From a bacterium (GTDB taxonomy: Bacteria > UBA9089 > CG2-30-40-21 > SBAY01): DNA of 32,197 bases. The position numbers and the translations under genes are program-made. The stretch is taken from assembly GCA_040754115.1 (NCBI GenBank), contig JBFMDD010000032.1:1-32197 (forward strand). Direction: 5' to 3'. Position 1 is the first letter of the stretch. Every line of letters starts with the position of its first letter. Shown one piece after another: positions 31,386 through 32,197 of the stretch. The notes under the pieces were generated by a model, which saw only the letters and a program-made list of their open reading frames with translations, did no database searches and was not told the DNA's origin.

Positions 31386-31528
31386 CTCTCGGATAAAAAT
31401 AAGGTTCAAGGAGAAAGGAGCAAGGGAGAGTAATCTTGTACCTTGATCCTTGTTCCTTCGGTGGGGGTGAAGAAGGAATTATCTGCTCAGAAAGGCTAAT
31501 AAAATCAACGCTCAATTTTATCCGAGAG
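31386..31528. mobile_element. 143-bp TIR-bounded MITE-like insertion with AAGGnnn heptamer hairpin (element E)
   Basis: CTCTCGGATAAAAAT (31386-31400) is inverted against ATTTTATCCGAGAG (31515-31528). The inner arms are AAGGTTC AAGGAGA AAGGAGC AAGGGAG (31401-31428), facing the reverse complement of TTGTACCTTGATCCTTGTTCCTT (31436-31458), which reads AAGGAAC AAGGATC AAGGTAC AA. The CTCTCGGATA motif is shared with the core element (12088-12097). Confidence 0.7.
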
Positions 31529-31559
31529 CGTTATCAATTGGAAAGGAGGTGAATAGATA

Positions 31560-31826
31560 GTGACTAAAGCGGACTTAGTTAATGCGGTAGCAGGAATAGG
31601 TTTGACAAAAAAGAAAGCCGAGGAATCAGTCAAAGCAGTGTTAGATGGTATTAAGGGAGCTTTAGCAAAGGGTGAGAAGGTACAATTGATTGGTTTTGGT
31701 AGCTTTTCGGTAAAGAAACGGGCTGCAAGAGAAGGAAGAAATCCTCGTACCGGAGCTCCACTTAAGATTGCTGCTAAGAATATACCAGTATTTAAACCTG
31801 GTGATGCTTTAAAGAACGCTGTTTAA
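31560..31826 (+). CDS. hup: HU family DNA-binding protein
   Basis: MTKADLVNAVA... and GFGSFSVKKRAAREGRNPRTGAPLKIAAKNIPVFKPG form the HU arm signature. A GTG start follows the SD GGAGG. Confidence 0.95.
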   Translation: MTKADLVNAVAGIGLTKKKAEESVKAVLDGIKGALAKGEKVQLIGFGSFSVKKRAAREGRNPRTGAPLKIAAKNIPVFKPGDALKNAV

Positions 31827-31859
31827 ACTCACTATTGTATTTGCTAAACAAAAAGAAAA

Positions 31860-31907
31860 GGGGTTAAGGGAAAAAGAGAAGAAGTCTCTCTTTTGTCCCT
31901 TAACCCC
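31860..31907 (-). terminator. Long hairpin; terminator-like for minus-strand transcription (T-run only on the minus side)
   Basis: GGGGTTAAGGGAAAAAGAGA (31860-31879) pairs with TCTCTTTTGTCCCTTAACCCC (31887-31907) with one bulged G and a 7-nt loop. On the minus strand it is followed by TTTTCTTTTTGTTT. On the plus strand, after hup, no U-run follows it. Confidence 0.4.
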
Positions 31908-31934
31908 AGTGTCAGCAACTTTGAACCAGCAATT

Positions 31935-31963
31935 ATACCGGACACTGCCATTAACTGAGCTAT
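31935..31963 (-). repeat. Short dispersed module ATAGCTCAGTTAATGGCAGTGTYCRGTATA (copy 2, inverted)
   Basis: The reverse complement of 31935-31963 matches 12647-12676. The adjacent stem is CAGTGTC (31907-31913) with GACACTG (31941-31947). Confidence 0.6.
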
Positions 31964-32034
31964 TGACATTATATTTCTATCAGTTTCTATTTTTCTTGTA
32001 GTGTGAGATGAAAGTTTCATTTTCATTAGTGAAC

Positions 32035-32059
32035 TTAACCATACAGGTCGAACTTTTGC
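32035..32059 (+). repeat. Short dispersed module TTAACCRTACAGGTCGAAYTTTTGC (copy 2)
   Basis: See 26037-26062. The continuation TTTTGCACGGAAAT resembles 9916-9928. Confidence 0.65.
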
Positions 32060-32130
32060 ACGGAAATATCTATAACTTTCTCAATTAAACTGGAGTTTCG
32101 TTAATTTTCTATGATTCCTTTTACCTTTAA

Positions 32131-32197
32131 TCTTTGCGTTCTTTGCGGCCGATTTCTTTGCGTTCTTTGCGGTTAAAAAAGGATAAATCGCAATGGA
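32131..32197. repeat. Direct 18-nt repeat TCTTTGCGTTCTTTGCGG x2, followed by the D-type flank GCGGTTAAAAAAGGATA; probable start of a further MITE-like copy cut by the window end
   Basis: Copies at 32131-32148 and 32155-32172 are identical and separated by CCGATT. 32169-32185 matches 12523-12540 apart from one missing T. What follows (AATCGCAATGGA) differs from the GAAATTR arms. Confidence 0.5.

Noticed and set aside
31303-32026. Track ORFs 31303..31515 (-) and 31844..32026 (-)
   Set aside because: The first runs through element E and the end of gpsA on the antisense strand. The second runs through the long hairpin at 31860-31907 and a dispersed module. Neither has an RBS or a recognisable motif.

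Overview
Visibly AT-rich bacterial chromosomal window, probably from an uncultured lineage; I found no rRNA, tRNA or CRISPR. The housekeeping backbone is rpmH-rnpA-yidD-yidC-jag-mnmE (minus strand, 13808-18235), surE plus a GH57 glucan enzyme, and plsY-gpsA-hup. Accessory content: (1) four very large polytopic membrane enzymes with C-terminal TPR tails (one DUF2723/GT-C type, three Wzy_C/O-antigen-ligase type), with a GAF-HD-GYP c-di-GMP phosphodiesterase inside one of their operons; (2) a BatA/B-like VWA protein plus a BatC-like TPR protein; (3) a translationally coupled TIGR00725 (LOG/SLOG fold)-HicB-HicA trio; (4) a membrane-anchored NACHT-HEAT-FGE-fold STAND NTPase; (5) an orphan FliO/FliZ-like + Maf (DUF115) + methyltransferase cluster. 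Gene annotation does not explain three further things. First, the intergenic DNA is a mosaic of small dispersed repeats. These include a nested MITE-like family (4 copies plus a probable fifth cut by the window end) and at least six hairpins whose arms are tandem 7-nt units with a different heptamer at each locus. One such array fills the whole 5' leader of rpmH. Second, an inverted pair of the MITE-like cores brackets an untracked 49-aa four-Cys ORF that has its own consensus promoter. Third, five consensus sigma70-type promoters sit only 7-10 nt from an ATG with no Shine-Dalgarno, implying leaderless mRNAs. All functional calls come from motif recognition in the supplied translations. No database search or computation was run.
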